Shown: one piece after another, positions 24,618-33,224 of the stretch | Layout: every line of letters begins with the position of its first letter | Numbering within the stretch: the first letter of the stretch is position 1 | Assembly: GCA_937996705.1 (NCBI GenBank) | Contig: CALKUQ010000041.1 | Coordinates: forward strand, 26,125 to 90,124 | Origin: an uncultured Chlamydiae bacterium | GTDB taxonomy: Bacteria > Chlamydiota > Chlamydiia > Chlamydiales > 2-12-FULL-49-11 | DNA: 64,000 bases | Reading direction: 5' to 3' | The notes under the pieces: generated by a model | Databases searched by the model: none | What the model was told of the DNA's origin: nothing | The model's input: the letters and a program-made list of their open reading frames with translations, nothing else | Made by a program: the position numbers and the translations under genes

Positions 24618-25313
24618 ATGAAAATCAACTCTAAAATATTTAGCCTCCCCCCTTATATATCAACTGCCTGGGAAAACGTCATCTCCCTTCAACTCGAAGA
24701 AGGGACGGGTAAACTTATTGTTTTTTTGAAAAATAACGGGATTGTTTCCATCCCTCATTTAACTGCTCAAATGGTGGAAGAGATTTTTATTGCTCACAGA
24801 GAGTTTATCGAATCACAATCCAAGCCACAGTTCCCCCCAGGCCCTCAAGGGGGAATTAATATTGGAATGATCCCCCCGAACATGATGCAAGATGCAATTG
24901 GCCCAATTATGCAACACGATCCGAGACAAAAAGAGAGCCCTGATTTACCCTCTGAAGTCCTAACTAAAGTGGCAAATGTCGCAAAAGCTTTAAATGTCGA
25001 TCTCGATGCATTTAACGCTCCTAAAGATGAACCCCATTGCAACTGCCCCTATTGCCAACTTTCAAGAGCAATTCAAGGAAAACCCAATCCCAATAGAATT
25101 CCCGATTTCGACAACACGCTAAAAGAGACAGAAATCGACGACAGCGATCTAAAATTTCGCGAATGGGACATAAAACAGGTCGAAAAAAAGCTCTATGATG
25201 TAACAAATCCGATTGATCCGGCAGAGCACTACCAAGTCTTTCTAGGCCGTCCTATTGGGTGCACGTGTGGAAAATCAAACTGCGAACACATTGCAGCTGT
25301 TTTGAAATCATAA
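24618..25313 (+). CDS. Hypothetical protein with a C-terminal SWIM-like zinc motif
   Basis: C-terminus ...GCTCGKSNCEHIAAVLKS resembles the SWIM CxC...CxH signature. An additional CNCPYC is present. Central Pro/Gly-rich linker. Confidence 0.6.
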   Translation: MKINSKIFSLPPYISTAWENVISLQLEEGTGKLIVFLKNNGIVSIPHLTAQMVEEIFIAHREFIESQSKPQFPPGPQGGINIGMIPPNMMQDAIGPIMQHDPRQKESPDLPSEVLTKVANVAKALNVDLDAFNAPKDEPHCNCPYCQLSRAIQGKPNPNRIPDFDNTLKETEIDDSDLKFREWDIKQVEKKLYDVTNPIDPAEHYQVFLGRPIGCTCGKSNCEHIAAVLKS

Positions 25314-25394
25314 ATAACAGATAAGAGTTGCTAAGAAAATAATAAATTCCTAAAATACCGTTTTCATATCTGTAGGACGGAGAGGAGTTTTTTT

Positions 25395-26633
25395 ATGTTT
25401 TCTAAACGCTTAAGCTGCACTTTATTTCTTCTAACTATCAGCCTTGCAGCAGCTGACGATAAAGTACACACAAGTGGAGTTTCGATTGCAAAAGAGAATC
25501 ACATTCCGCAAACAGCTCCAACTAAACCAAATCTTGTGAAAGCAAGTGACCCGGTAACAGCCAATACAGAAGCTGAATCAGGCTATAAGGCGTTCACTGG
25601 AAAAGTAGTTGGTGGAAATGTGAGAATGCGCCTCCATCCAGATGTCGACAGCTCTATTGTAAAAGAACTTCCTAAAGGGGACCTCATTGTTGTTCGCGGA
25701 GAAAAATCTGATTTCTACGCTGTAGAAGCGCCCGCTGATTTAAAAGTCTACATCTTCAGAAGCTTTGTTTTAGACAATGTGGTAGAAGGGAATCGAGTCC
25801 ACGTAAGGCTCTCCCCTGAGCTAACAGCCCCTGTAGTGGCAGTTATGAATAGCGGAGACAAAGTAAATGGAACTATTAGCAACAAAAATCATAAATGGCT
25901 AGAAATTGCACCCCCAAAAAATGTCCGCTTCTTTGTAGCAAAAGAGTTCATCGAAAAAATTGGTGGCCCAGAGCTCAAAGCCCTTCGCGACAAAAAGCAA
26001 AACACCGTACTCCAACTTATGGATTCAGCCGATTTACTCAGCCAATCTGAAATGATGAAACCGTTTGAAGAGATCGATTTTGAGCGCGTATCAAACGCAT
26101 TTGCCACAATCACTAGAGACTATAGCGACTTTACCGAATATTCAGAAAAAGCAAAATCTAAATTAGCTAGACTTCAAGAGACCTACCTCCAGAAAAAAAT
26201 TGCATACCTGGAAGCCAAAACTTCTAAAATGAGCAAAGAGAAATCTGCCAGAGCTGATATCCACGCAACAGCAGAGACTGGCGAAGAGGCTCTATCCCCC
26301 AAAGAGAGAATGAAAATTTGGGAGAGAGTCGAAGAGGCCCTCTACTCAAGCTGGTCCATTAGCCACCACAAAAAGTCTATGGACGATTTCTACGAAGACC
26401 AAAAACTCAAAACCATTCGGATCTCAGGGATTGTTGAGTCGTATGCTGACATCGTAAAAAACAAGCCCGGCAACTTCGTCCTCCGCGACAGAGACATGCC
26501 AAGAGCCTACCTCTACAGCACCTTCTTTGACCTCCAAAACTACGTAGGTAAATACGTAACACTCACTGCCGTCACAAGACCCAACAACAACTTCGCCTTC
26601 CCCGCCTACTTCGTCTTCGACGTAGAAAAATAG
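25395..26633 (+). CDS. Exported protein with two bacterial SH3-like domains and a coiled-coil region
   Basis: Signal peptide MFSKRLSCTLFLLTISLAAA. SH3b-like segments GGNVRMRLHPDVDSSIVKELPKGDLIVVRGEKSDFYAVEAP and GNRVHVRLSPELTAPVVAVMNSGDKVNG. Confidence 0.65.
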   Translation: MFSKRLSCTLFLLTISLAAADDKVHTSGVSIAKENHIPQTAPTKPNLVKASDPVTANTEAESGYKAFTGKVVGGNVRMRLHPDVDSSIVKELPKGDLIVVRGEKSDFYAVEAPADLKVYIFRSFVLDNVVEGNRVHVRLSPELTAPVVAVMNSGDKVNGTISNKNHKWLEIAPPKNVRFFVAKEFIEKIGGPELKALRDKKQNTVLQLMDSADLLSQSEMMKPFEEIDFERVSNAFATITRDYSDFTEYSEKAKSKLARLQETYLQKKIAYLEAKTSKMSKEKSARADIHATAETGEEALSPKERMKIWERVEEALYSSWSISHHKKSMDDFYEDQKLKTIRISGIVESYADIVKNKPGNFVLRDRDMPRAYLYSTFFDLQNYVGKYVTLTAVTRPNNNFAFPAYFVFDVEK

Positions 26634-26637
26634 TCTC

Positions 26638-29600
26638 TCACTCCCCCACCTCCGGCGGTACATACGGAGGTGGCGGAGGATAATCCTCTAACCTCCCCCG
26701 CAACGGCTCAATCCTCGGCAATTCCAGACGCGGATCCAAAAAAAACTCCTCCGGATCTGGCAAATACCTTCTAGCCTCCGGATACCTCTCTGTCACATCA
26801 TACAAAAACTCCCTCGCCACCCATCTAATTGCCAAAGGGTTCTTACCAACTTCCTCCAAACACAGCTCTCTTGTTTGGAATTGAATTGGCAGATCCTCTA
26901 AAACACTGTATTCTCCTGGAACGTATCTATCTGCAAGAGTGCTTGTAGCTTTCAACAAAAGGCCTATCATTTTTCGAGTCTCGTCACTAAAAGCAACTGA
27001 TTCATCGACCCGTAGAAAGGCTAGACTTAAAGAATCCTCCTTTGGCTTAGCTGAACTAAGTTTACATTTAAATCCTTCACCTACTAAGCCTGCAAGTCTA
27101 CTTAATTGATTCCACCGATTCAATTCATTATGACCATAAATAAAAATATTTATATTCATTGATCTCTTGCTCTTTTCATAATTAAAAACTAAAACAGCAC
27201 TATGACACCTTAATCGGGCAGGTATTTCTATCTGAATTGAACCTCCAAAAACCTGAATCGAAGAAATTTGATTGTTAAACTCTCCTATTTTTAGATATTT
27301 CCTAGAAAATTCTAATAAATTTAAAGGTAAAATTTTTTCAGAAAAACCGTTTTTAAAAGCAATCTCACTTAATTTTTTCATAATGCTTTGATGAAATAGT
27401 GTAAATTTTGCCTCAAGATTATCATTTAAATTAGAGTCATGAACATCTGACAATTGGGTAACACCTTGAATAATTTCACCGACATCAAAATCTGGAGGAA
27501 TTTCCATTAACTCCCTAGCTTGCTCTTCTGAAATTCCCCGCAAATTTTTCAATAATTTAAAATCTTCCGAATTATCATTTAAAGGCTTTCCTGATATCCT
27601 AAAAACCAATTTCACCATTTCCTTATAAGGGTGAAGGAGTTTCAAGAAATCAGATGCTTTATCTTTATAGCAAGTGTGTTTTGAAGGTCCAGTACACTGT
27701 TTAATTAAATCATCATAGCACCCTACAACTTCTCGAATTCCGCTAATTAAAATTAATCGACTTGCTCTGATTGGAATTATTTTTTTCATATCCTCTTTTG
27801 AACGAAATAGGGTTACGATCTCACTAGCCGCAGGAGAAAAGCCCAATTCCACCAGGTGCATCTTAACTCTCTCAAAGTTTTTAGCGATGTGTTCTGGATC
27901 TGACCAGGCGGTTAGATTGGCCCGTTCTGAAAGAACAAACTCATGCATGGAGAGGGCTCGGCCTATTAGTGGCTCGAGTTCGTGTGCAATTGCTCGAATT
28001 TCACTAAATAGAGCTCTAATGTCACCTCGATGCTTTTTCATTAGTTCTACAAGGGTGACGTTTGCGAATTCTGTGGAGGCACCGACGGCATCGATGTTGA
28101 GGAATAGATCTCTTGCGACTGCTTTATCTTCTTCGGAAACTTCCTCTAGGTGTTTAATCATTTCTCCCCAGAGGGCTTGATCCTCCTCTTTGAGAATCAT
28201 GAGCTTCATTTTTACAAAAGGGATATCGTGAAAGTTCTCTTCGAGGTGAGGTTTCCCTAGGGACCTAGTGCCGAGGCGTTGCATTTTAATCGATCTTAGA
28301 CAGCGAGTGAAAGAGAAGCCGCCAATCATCCCTTTCCCTGTCTGAAAGAGGGAAGCCTCTATGAGTCTTGCGGTATAGAGGCGATCAAGAGTCATTGAAT
28401 CGCCTCTTAGGGGATCTTTTTCCAAAATGTCTAAAAGATTTTCAAGGACAAGAAAGAGTTCGATTCTGCTATTGTGGGTAATATCTCTCTCTTTTGTTGC
28501 TTTATCAATGAGTCTGACGAGGCTAGATGTGGCAGTTTTTGCATCCTCTAGACTTCCCCGTTTTATCACTTCAAGGGCTGCTGGGAGGTCATCTTCTCCT
28601 ATTTCTGGAGCTGGGGAAAGAGCTGCTATCCTTGCATCCAGGTGGGCTAATTCTCTTTTAATAAATTGGCCTCGGCCTATATCGGGTTCATGCACCTGCC
28701 TATACATAGCCATAACTAGAGGTGAGAGGGCCATTGAGTACTGAAGGGGAATTGGGTAGGAGATGTACCCCTCTCTAATTTCTCCCCCTCTTGCTACCAC
28801 CCCTTGTTGGGGATCTAGGTAGATTGTATCCCCCTCCCTCATCTCTAGTTTTTTTGTTGTTTGGAGGACAGGAAGGCCTAGGCCCATAAAAAAAATTGCC
28901 CCGTGTGAGGTTCTGGGAGCCCTCTCTTGAATCACAACACCTTCGATGGGAATCCCGTTTTGAAGCCCTCTAAGGAGGGTAAATCTCTCTCGAGCCTCTT
29001 CAATGGTTCTCACTACCAAAAGTTGATTGCTATTTGTAATCTCTCGTACAAAATTTCCCCCATTGGTAATCGTCTCCGCCTGAATCGAGCCCTCTGCCCT
29101 CTCCAAATAGGAGGGGGGGCGCTCGGGGGGGCGCTCTTTTAAAGGTCTTACCTGCAAAAGATAGACCTCCCCATCTTTAACAGTGAATTCTATATCTAGA
29201 TCTTTTCCATAAAACTCTCTGAGAGAGTTTCCCATCATCTGCAATCTCTTTGCAACCTCTTGGGACAGGGCTGGCCGTTCTGCAACATCCCTCGGACAAG
29301 GGACGCTGCATACGACAACTTCTCCCCCCTCCTGAGCAACACCTTTTGATCCAGTGGGCTTATTTTGAACTACAGACCTAATTGCACCCCTCCCCCTGAA
29401 TATAAATTTATCGGTTAAACTCTCCCCCGCCACAACTCCTTGATTGAGACCGATTCCGGCAGCAATTTCCGAGAGCCCCTCCCTAACAACCATAACCCCA
29501 GAGGCATCCCCACTAATCATCACCTGAAGCAAAACAGGAACAAAGGGTGTGGGAGAGCTAAGAGATGGATCCCCTGAAGCCATTCTCTGCAACATGGACG

Positions 29601-30222
29601 AGTCGCTAAAGTAGGATATCACCACCGTCTTAACAGCCTCTGAAAGGGCTTCTATGCTACTTTCGACATATAACACTGTGGTATTTGCCCCGGCATTTGC
29701 AACATCGTCGGAATCTTCGTAACCGGTGCTTCGGACTGCAAATCTTTCTGGCCTAGGGTGTAGTCTAACCCAATCTCGTAAGCCTGGCAATTCTGGGACA
29801 TCTGTTGATGAAAAAGCTCTCTCAACCCCCTCTCGAATTCTGGAGAGCATTGTGATATCTTTGGTCTCAACAAATGCTGCATAATCTAGCAGGAAGCCCG
29901 GGTAGGCCCTAAGGATGTGATTCATAACGACACCATTACTAAGTCCTTTAAAATCTGGAACATTAAACCCGATAGCCTCCAATTGTACTAAATTTGCTCC
30001 TTTATTACCAATTCCTTCCTCAGGCTCCGTTGCCAGTTTTACTAAATCAACCCGATCTTTCCTATCCAAACGAATGGGAACACCCAGTGAGGGGGGAACA
30101 GATAACGATCTACTAGCTAATCTCTTAATATCTGAATCTAAGTCAGAAGGAGGGGTGATGGAGGCGCTCTCATAGCTTTCAGGGCTACTCCCAGGTCTTG
30201 CCGGCTCAACCATACTATGCAT
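26638..30222 (-). CDS. PEP synthase/PPDK-like dikinase (ATP-grasp plus phospho-His swivel domain) fused to a ~700-aa C-terminal region of unknown function
   Basis: GNKGANLVQL, FAVRSTGYEDSDDVANAGANTTVLYV and DIEFTVKDGEVYLLQVRPL fit the PPDK_N ATP-grasp. ERAPRTSHGAIFFMGLGLPVL fits a swivel domain (His codon at 28903-28905). No PEP/pyruvate TIM-barrel motifs downstream. The C-terminus is ...DYPPPPPYVPPEVGE. The start may be the second ATG at 30213. Confidence 0.75.
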   Translation of the reverse strand: MHSMVEPARPGSSPESYESASITPPSDLDSDIKRLASRSLSVPPSLGVPIRLDRKDRVDLVKLATEPEEGIGNKGANLVQLEAIGFNVPDFKGLSNGVVMNHILRAYPGFLLDYAAFVETKDITMLSRIREGVERAFSSTDVPELPGLRDWVRLHPRPERFAVRSTGYEDSDDVANAGANTTVLYVESSIEALSEAVKTVVISYFSDSSMLQRMASGDPSLSSPTPFVPVLLQVMISGDASGVMVVREGLSEIAAGIGLNQGVVAGESLTDKFIFRGRGAIRSVVQNKPTGSKGVAQEGGEVVVCSVPCPRDVAERPALSQEVAKRLQMMGNSLREFYGKDLDIEFTVKDGEVYLLQVRPLKERPPERPPSYLERAEGSIQAETITNGGNFVREITNSNQLLVVRTIEEARERFTLLRGLQNGIPIEGVVIQERAPRTSHGAIFFMGLGLPVLQTTKKLEMREGDTIYLDPQQGVVARGGEIREGYISYPIPLQYSMALSPLVMAMYRQVHEPDIGRGQFIKRELAHLDARIAALSPAPEIGEDDLPAALEVIKRGSLEDAKTATSSLVRLIDKATKERDITHNSRIELFLVLENLLDILEKDPLRGDSMTLDRLYTARLIEASLFQTGKGMIGGFSFTRCLRSIKMQRLGTRSLGKPHLEENFHDIPFVKMKLMILKEEDQALWGEMIKHLEEVSEEDKAVARDLFLNIDAVGASTEFANVTLVELMKKHRGDIRALFSEIRAIAHELEPLIGRALSMHEFVLSERANLTAWSDPEHIAKNFERVKMHLVELGFSPAASEIVTLFRSKEDMKKIIPIRASRLILISGIREVVGCYDDLIKQCTGPSKHTCYKDKASDFLKLLHPYKEMVKLVFRISGKPLNDNSEDFKLLKNLRGISEEQARELMEIPPDFDVGEIIQGVTQLSDVHDSNLNDNLEAKFTLFHQSIMKKLSEIAFKNGFSEKILPLNLLEFSRKYLKIGEFNNQISSIQVFGGSIQIEIPARLRCHSAVLVFNYEKSKRSMNINIFIYGHNELNRWNQLSRLAGLVGEGFKCKLSSAKPKEDSLSLAFLRVDESVAFSDETRKMIGLLLKATSTLADRYVPGEYSVLEDLPIQFQTRELCLEEVGKNPLAIRWVAREFLYDVTERYPEARRYLPDPEEFFLDPRLELPRIEPLRGRLEDYPPPPPYVPPEVGE
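29113..29136. repeat. Perfect 12-nt tandem duplication containing two G7 tracts, inside the dikinase-like gene
   Basis: GGGGGGGCGCTC occurs twice on the + strand, encoding ERPP-ERPP in the linker between the ATP-grasp and swivel domains. Confidence 0.9.
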
Positions 30223-30247
30223 CCTCCCGTTAAAGGGGAGAATGCAT
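30217..30247 (-). promoter_or_regulatory. 12-bp hairpin sequestering the Shine-Dalgarno and first AUG of the dikinase-like gene
   Basis: The minus-strand RNA AUGCAUUCUCCC-CUUUAAC-GGGAGGAUGCAU forms 12 pairs including one G-U. The right arm holds GGGAGG and the AUG at 30222. A second AUG lies 9 nt downstream. Confidence 0.5.
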
Positions 30248-30262
30248 AGCTATTTTTTTAAA

Positions 30263-31399
30263 TCAATTCAGTTCTAAGGAATCTGTTGGCAGTTCTCTGG
30301 CTATTTTTTCTATCGGCTCAATATCTTCTAAGGTGATTTCATTGCTAGCAGCGCCCCACTCTTTCAATTTTCTTGCGCTAACCAGGACACGTTTTTCAAA
30401 AGAGCCCATCGCCTTATTATAGCTTTCGACCGATGCTGAAAGGGATCTGCCTACCTGATTCCAATGTTTAGACATGTCACTGAGACGCTTATAAAGCTCA
30501 TGCCCAAGCTGACTAATCTCTTTAGCATGCTTAGAGAATGTATCTTGCTTCCAGCTATAAGCTATTGTTTTTAAGAGCCCTATGAGAGTTGCAGGGGTGA
30601 CAATAATCACCCCATTGACCGCTGCAAACTCAATGAGAGTTGGATCAGATTCCAGGGCTGCACTCAAAAAAACTTCGGTCGGCAAAAAGAGGACTACAAA
30701 CTCGGGGGTCGGCTGAAATTGTTGCCAATAAGCTTTTTTTGCAAGACTTTGAATGTGTTGCTTAATTACCCGCGCGTGGTCCTTTAATTTTTGATCTTTG
30801 ATAAGGGGATCATCGGCGCTGCTCGCCTCTAGAAAAGCTTCAAACGGCACTTTTGCATCGACAACCACCTGTTTATCTCCAGGAAGTTTCACAATCAAAT
30901 CGGGCCTAACAACCCTCTCATCCCCCCCTACTGTCTGCTCAAAGTAATCACACTGATTCACAAGTCCCGCTAACTCAACTGCCCTCTTTAATTGAAGTTC
31001 CCCCCACATTCCTCTCACATCAGGTTTTCTAAGAGCTTTCGCAAGATTGGCAGTCTCTTCCCGAATTCCCTTTAAAAGCTCCTTCTCCCCCCTTCTCTCC
31101 CTCTCAATAGCTCGCATATTGTCATCTAACCTCAGAAGGGCCTGTTTTACAGGGTCAATCACCCTGATCATTTCTTGGTCCGACTGCTTCCGGAATTGGT
31201 CGATTGCCTCTAATTCAAATTTTTCCTTTTCATTTTCTAAGAGTCGATTCTCCCCTTCCAACTGTGCCTCTCGGATTCTTGACTCAACAAGCTCCCTTCC
31301 AATTTTAGCCTTCTCCCATAAGGCCCAGGCCAGTGGAACGATCAAAAGCCACCCTAAATTCAAAAGATCCATTTTTAACCTCGTTTTTGGTATAATCAT
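30263..31399 (-). CDS. rmuC: DNA recombination protein RmuC
   Basis: N-terminal TM segment plus coiled coil, then MWGELQLKRAVELAGLVNQCDYFEQ and ...PDLIVKLPGDKQVVVDAKVP..., typical RmuC-family segments. Confidence 0.88.
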   Translation of the reverse strand: MIIPKTRLKMDLLNLGWLLIVPLAWALWEKAKIGRELVESRIREAQLEGENRLLENEKEKFELEAIDQFRKQSDQEMIRVIDPVKQALLRLDDNMRAIERERRGEKELLKGIREETANLAKALRKPDVRGMWGELQLKRAVELAGLVNQCDYFEQTVGGDERVVRPDLIVKLPGDKQVVVDAKVPFEAFLEASSADDPLIKDQKLKDHARVIKQHIQSLAKKAYWQQFQPTPEFVVLFLPTEVFLSAALESDPTLIEFAAVNGVIIVTPATLIGLLKTIAYSWKQDTFSKHAKEISQLGHELYKRLSDMSKHWNQVGRSLSASVESYNKAMGSFEKRVLVSARKLKEWGAASNEITLEDIEPIEKIARELPTDSLELN

Positions 31400-31403
31400 A
31401 GCT

Positions 31404-32363
31404 ATGATACTCTTTCACTTAAATATTTATTTGCTCTCTCTCCTAGCCCCCCTTTCGGAAAAGCCGACCCCGCAAGAAATTAAAGAAATTTCTACTTCAT
31501 TTTTCTCCCTAACGAAGAGTGAATTGCGGCTAAAAGAGCACTCTGCTCCAAAAGATCTTGCAGAAGCAGGGCTTGGAGACCCTATTTTCATGGTTTTAAA
31601 CGGAGAAAACCAGCCAATTGGGGTTATAAAAACAGTTTCTATCGACGATCCAGACGCTAGAGCTAGCTTTGAAGCAGAGTATAAAACTCTTGATCTGATC
31701 AACCACCTCCCGTTGAAGAATTTTCACGCAATTCAGCTACGTGGGACTAGCGAGACAAAATCTCTTGGGATTGTAGCAGAAGATGTTGCCAAAGGATCTT
31801 CCTTAAACACCTATTTAAAAATGATCTCAAACTCTTCAAGCATAGAAAAACGATCGCAACTTTTACATGAATTAAAAATGGCTATAACCCATACAGCTAA
31901 CGCGCTAGCAGAGCTTCACAACTACCAATCCTTTCCTTATCCAGAGCAAAAATATCTGATGAAATACGACACCGATCAGCCCCCAGGTCCCTTCGGCATT
32001 ATCCACGGAGACACCCACCCGGGCAACATCTTCTACGACGCAAAAAGCGACTTCCTTACATTCATTGACTTTGGTAGCGCAAACTTATCTGGAGAGGGGG
32101 CTCCTGTTCTCCAAGATGCAGCCAATTTCCTCCTTACATTTGAAATTTTTGCCTCCTACTACCGACTTACCCCTGAAGAAATCACCCTACTTACAAACTC
32201 CTTTATTGCTACGTATCAAGCCCAAATCCCTTCAGCTACCCTAGAATCCCTTACATTCTATAAAAATTACTACATAAAAACCTTCGCAAATCCAGAAAAC
32301 TGGGACCCGAAATTCTCTGATCAGAGCCATTTTATTCAAACCTACTGTTACAATAACCTCTAA
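31404..32363 (+). CDS. Protein-kinase-like fold phosphotransferase (APH/choline-kinase type) with a hydrophobic N-terminus
   Basis: IGVIKTV (Lys), FEAEYKTL (Glu), catalytic loop IIHGDTHPGNIFYD and IDFGSA (DFG-like). The ATG at 31404 is preferred; the track's upstream extension (31047) is antisense to rmuC. Confidence 0.7.
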   Translation: MILFHLNIYLLSLLAPLSEKPTPQEIKEISTSFFSLTKSELRLKEHSAPKDLAEAGLGDPIFMVLNGENQPIGVIKTVSIDDPDARASFEAEYKTLDLINHLPLKNFHAIQLRGTSETKSLGIVAEDVAKGSSLNTYLKMISNSSSIEKRSQLLHELKMAITHTANALAELHNYQSFPYPEQKYLMKYDTDQPPGPFGIIHGDTHPGNIFYDAKSDFLTFIDFGSANLSGEGAPVLQDAANFLLTFEIFASYYRLTPEEITLLTNSFIATYQAQIPSATLESLTFYKNYYIKTFANPENWDPKFSDQSHFIQTYCYNNL

Positions 32364-32463
32364 AAATCAATGAGCTCCATAGAGTTTCTAATTTTTAGTT
32401 GACGAGTAAAAGATTTTTTTAATATAGTCATAACTTTACTTATTCTTTACAAAAGGAGTTGTT

Positions 32464-33213
32464 ATGACGTCATTAAATACCTGTTCCTCTAATTGCTTAG
32501 CTTTTTCAGTTACTACAGTCGCTGGAGCAACAACAGCGCTACCTTTTACTTGGCTTTTTGGAGCGTTTCCAGCTTGCCAAAACAATCCCCACACTTTTAC
32601 AATCCTTCTTACTGCAGGAAGCGCATTCGCTATTTTAGCAAACGGTACAGAATGTTTATACTACACTATTAATGAAAGTATGACACAGGAGCGTGAAGTA
32701 GTCAGGCAAAATGTTGCCTCAAAAATATACTCCCTCCTTTTCCAACCTTTTGCAAATTTTTTTGGGGGATTTAGCCTTCTTGCAGGCGGTCTTATGCTTT
32801 CAGACAGTACTTGGACCTGCGAAACATCCTCCTCTAAATATCCATTTATTTTGCTCTACATGCAACTTTTTTTTATTTTAGGAACTCTACATCAAATCTC
32901 ACACTATTTAGCTATGTCTGAAAAATCGAGCCAAAGAAATCCTCAAGTTGCCCCTGAAGAAATAGATCCAGAGGTAGAAATGAGTGAAGAGGATGATGAC
33001 GAATCTGAGAGCTCTGAAACTGGAGACATTCTTGTCATAACTGAAGGGAAAACAGCAATCATCCAAAGGGGAGCTATAGCCTTCCTACTCCCAGGATCGA
33101 TCACCTTTTTTCCCCCTGTTGCCACTGCTGCAAGACAACCCGAGCCGACGGCCCCCCCCTTAGATATAGAGACAGCCGTTCCCTTTTCTAATCTTCCTAA
33201 AGGATCTCATTAA
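32464..33213 (+). CDS. Membrane protein with two paired hydrophobic segments and an acidic/Pro-rich tail (Inc-like candidate)
   Basis: GGAG precedes the ATG. Hydrophobic pairs lie at ~aa 12-60 and ~95-150. Acidic run EEIDPEVEMSEEDDDESESSE. A C8 tract lies at 33152-33159. Confidence 0.55.
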   Translation: MTSLNTCSSNCLAFSVTTVAGATTALPFTWLFGAFPACQNNPHTFTILLTAGSAFAILANGTECLYYTINESMTQEREVVRQNVASKIYSLLFQPFANFFGGFSLLAGGLMLSDSTWTCETSSSKYPFILLYMQLFFILGTLHQISHYLAMSEKSSQRNPQVAPEEIDPEVEMSEEDDDESESSETGDILVITEGKTAIIQRGAIAFLLPGSITFFPPVATAARQPEPTAPPLDIETAVPFSNLPKGSH

Positions 33214-33224
33214 GAGGGAGAGGA

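Noticed and set aside
30922-30928. G/C homopolymers of 6-7 nt as a general phase-variation signal
   Set aside because: Such runs also occur in housekeeping genes, for example C7 in rmuC here and 6-mers in ftsY and the GT9 gene. Mere presence is therefore not evidence of phase variation. Only the C8 tract and the duplicated G7 unit were kept as findings.
31047-31403. Upstream extension of the kinase-like ORF (track start at 31047)
   Set aside because: The extension is antisense to the 5' third of rmuC and translates to low-complexity Ser-rich sequence. The ATG at 31404 begins right after rmuC and precedes a hydrophobic N-terminus.
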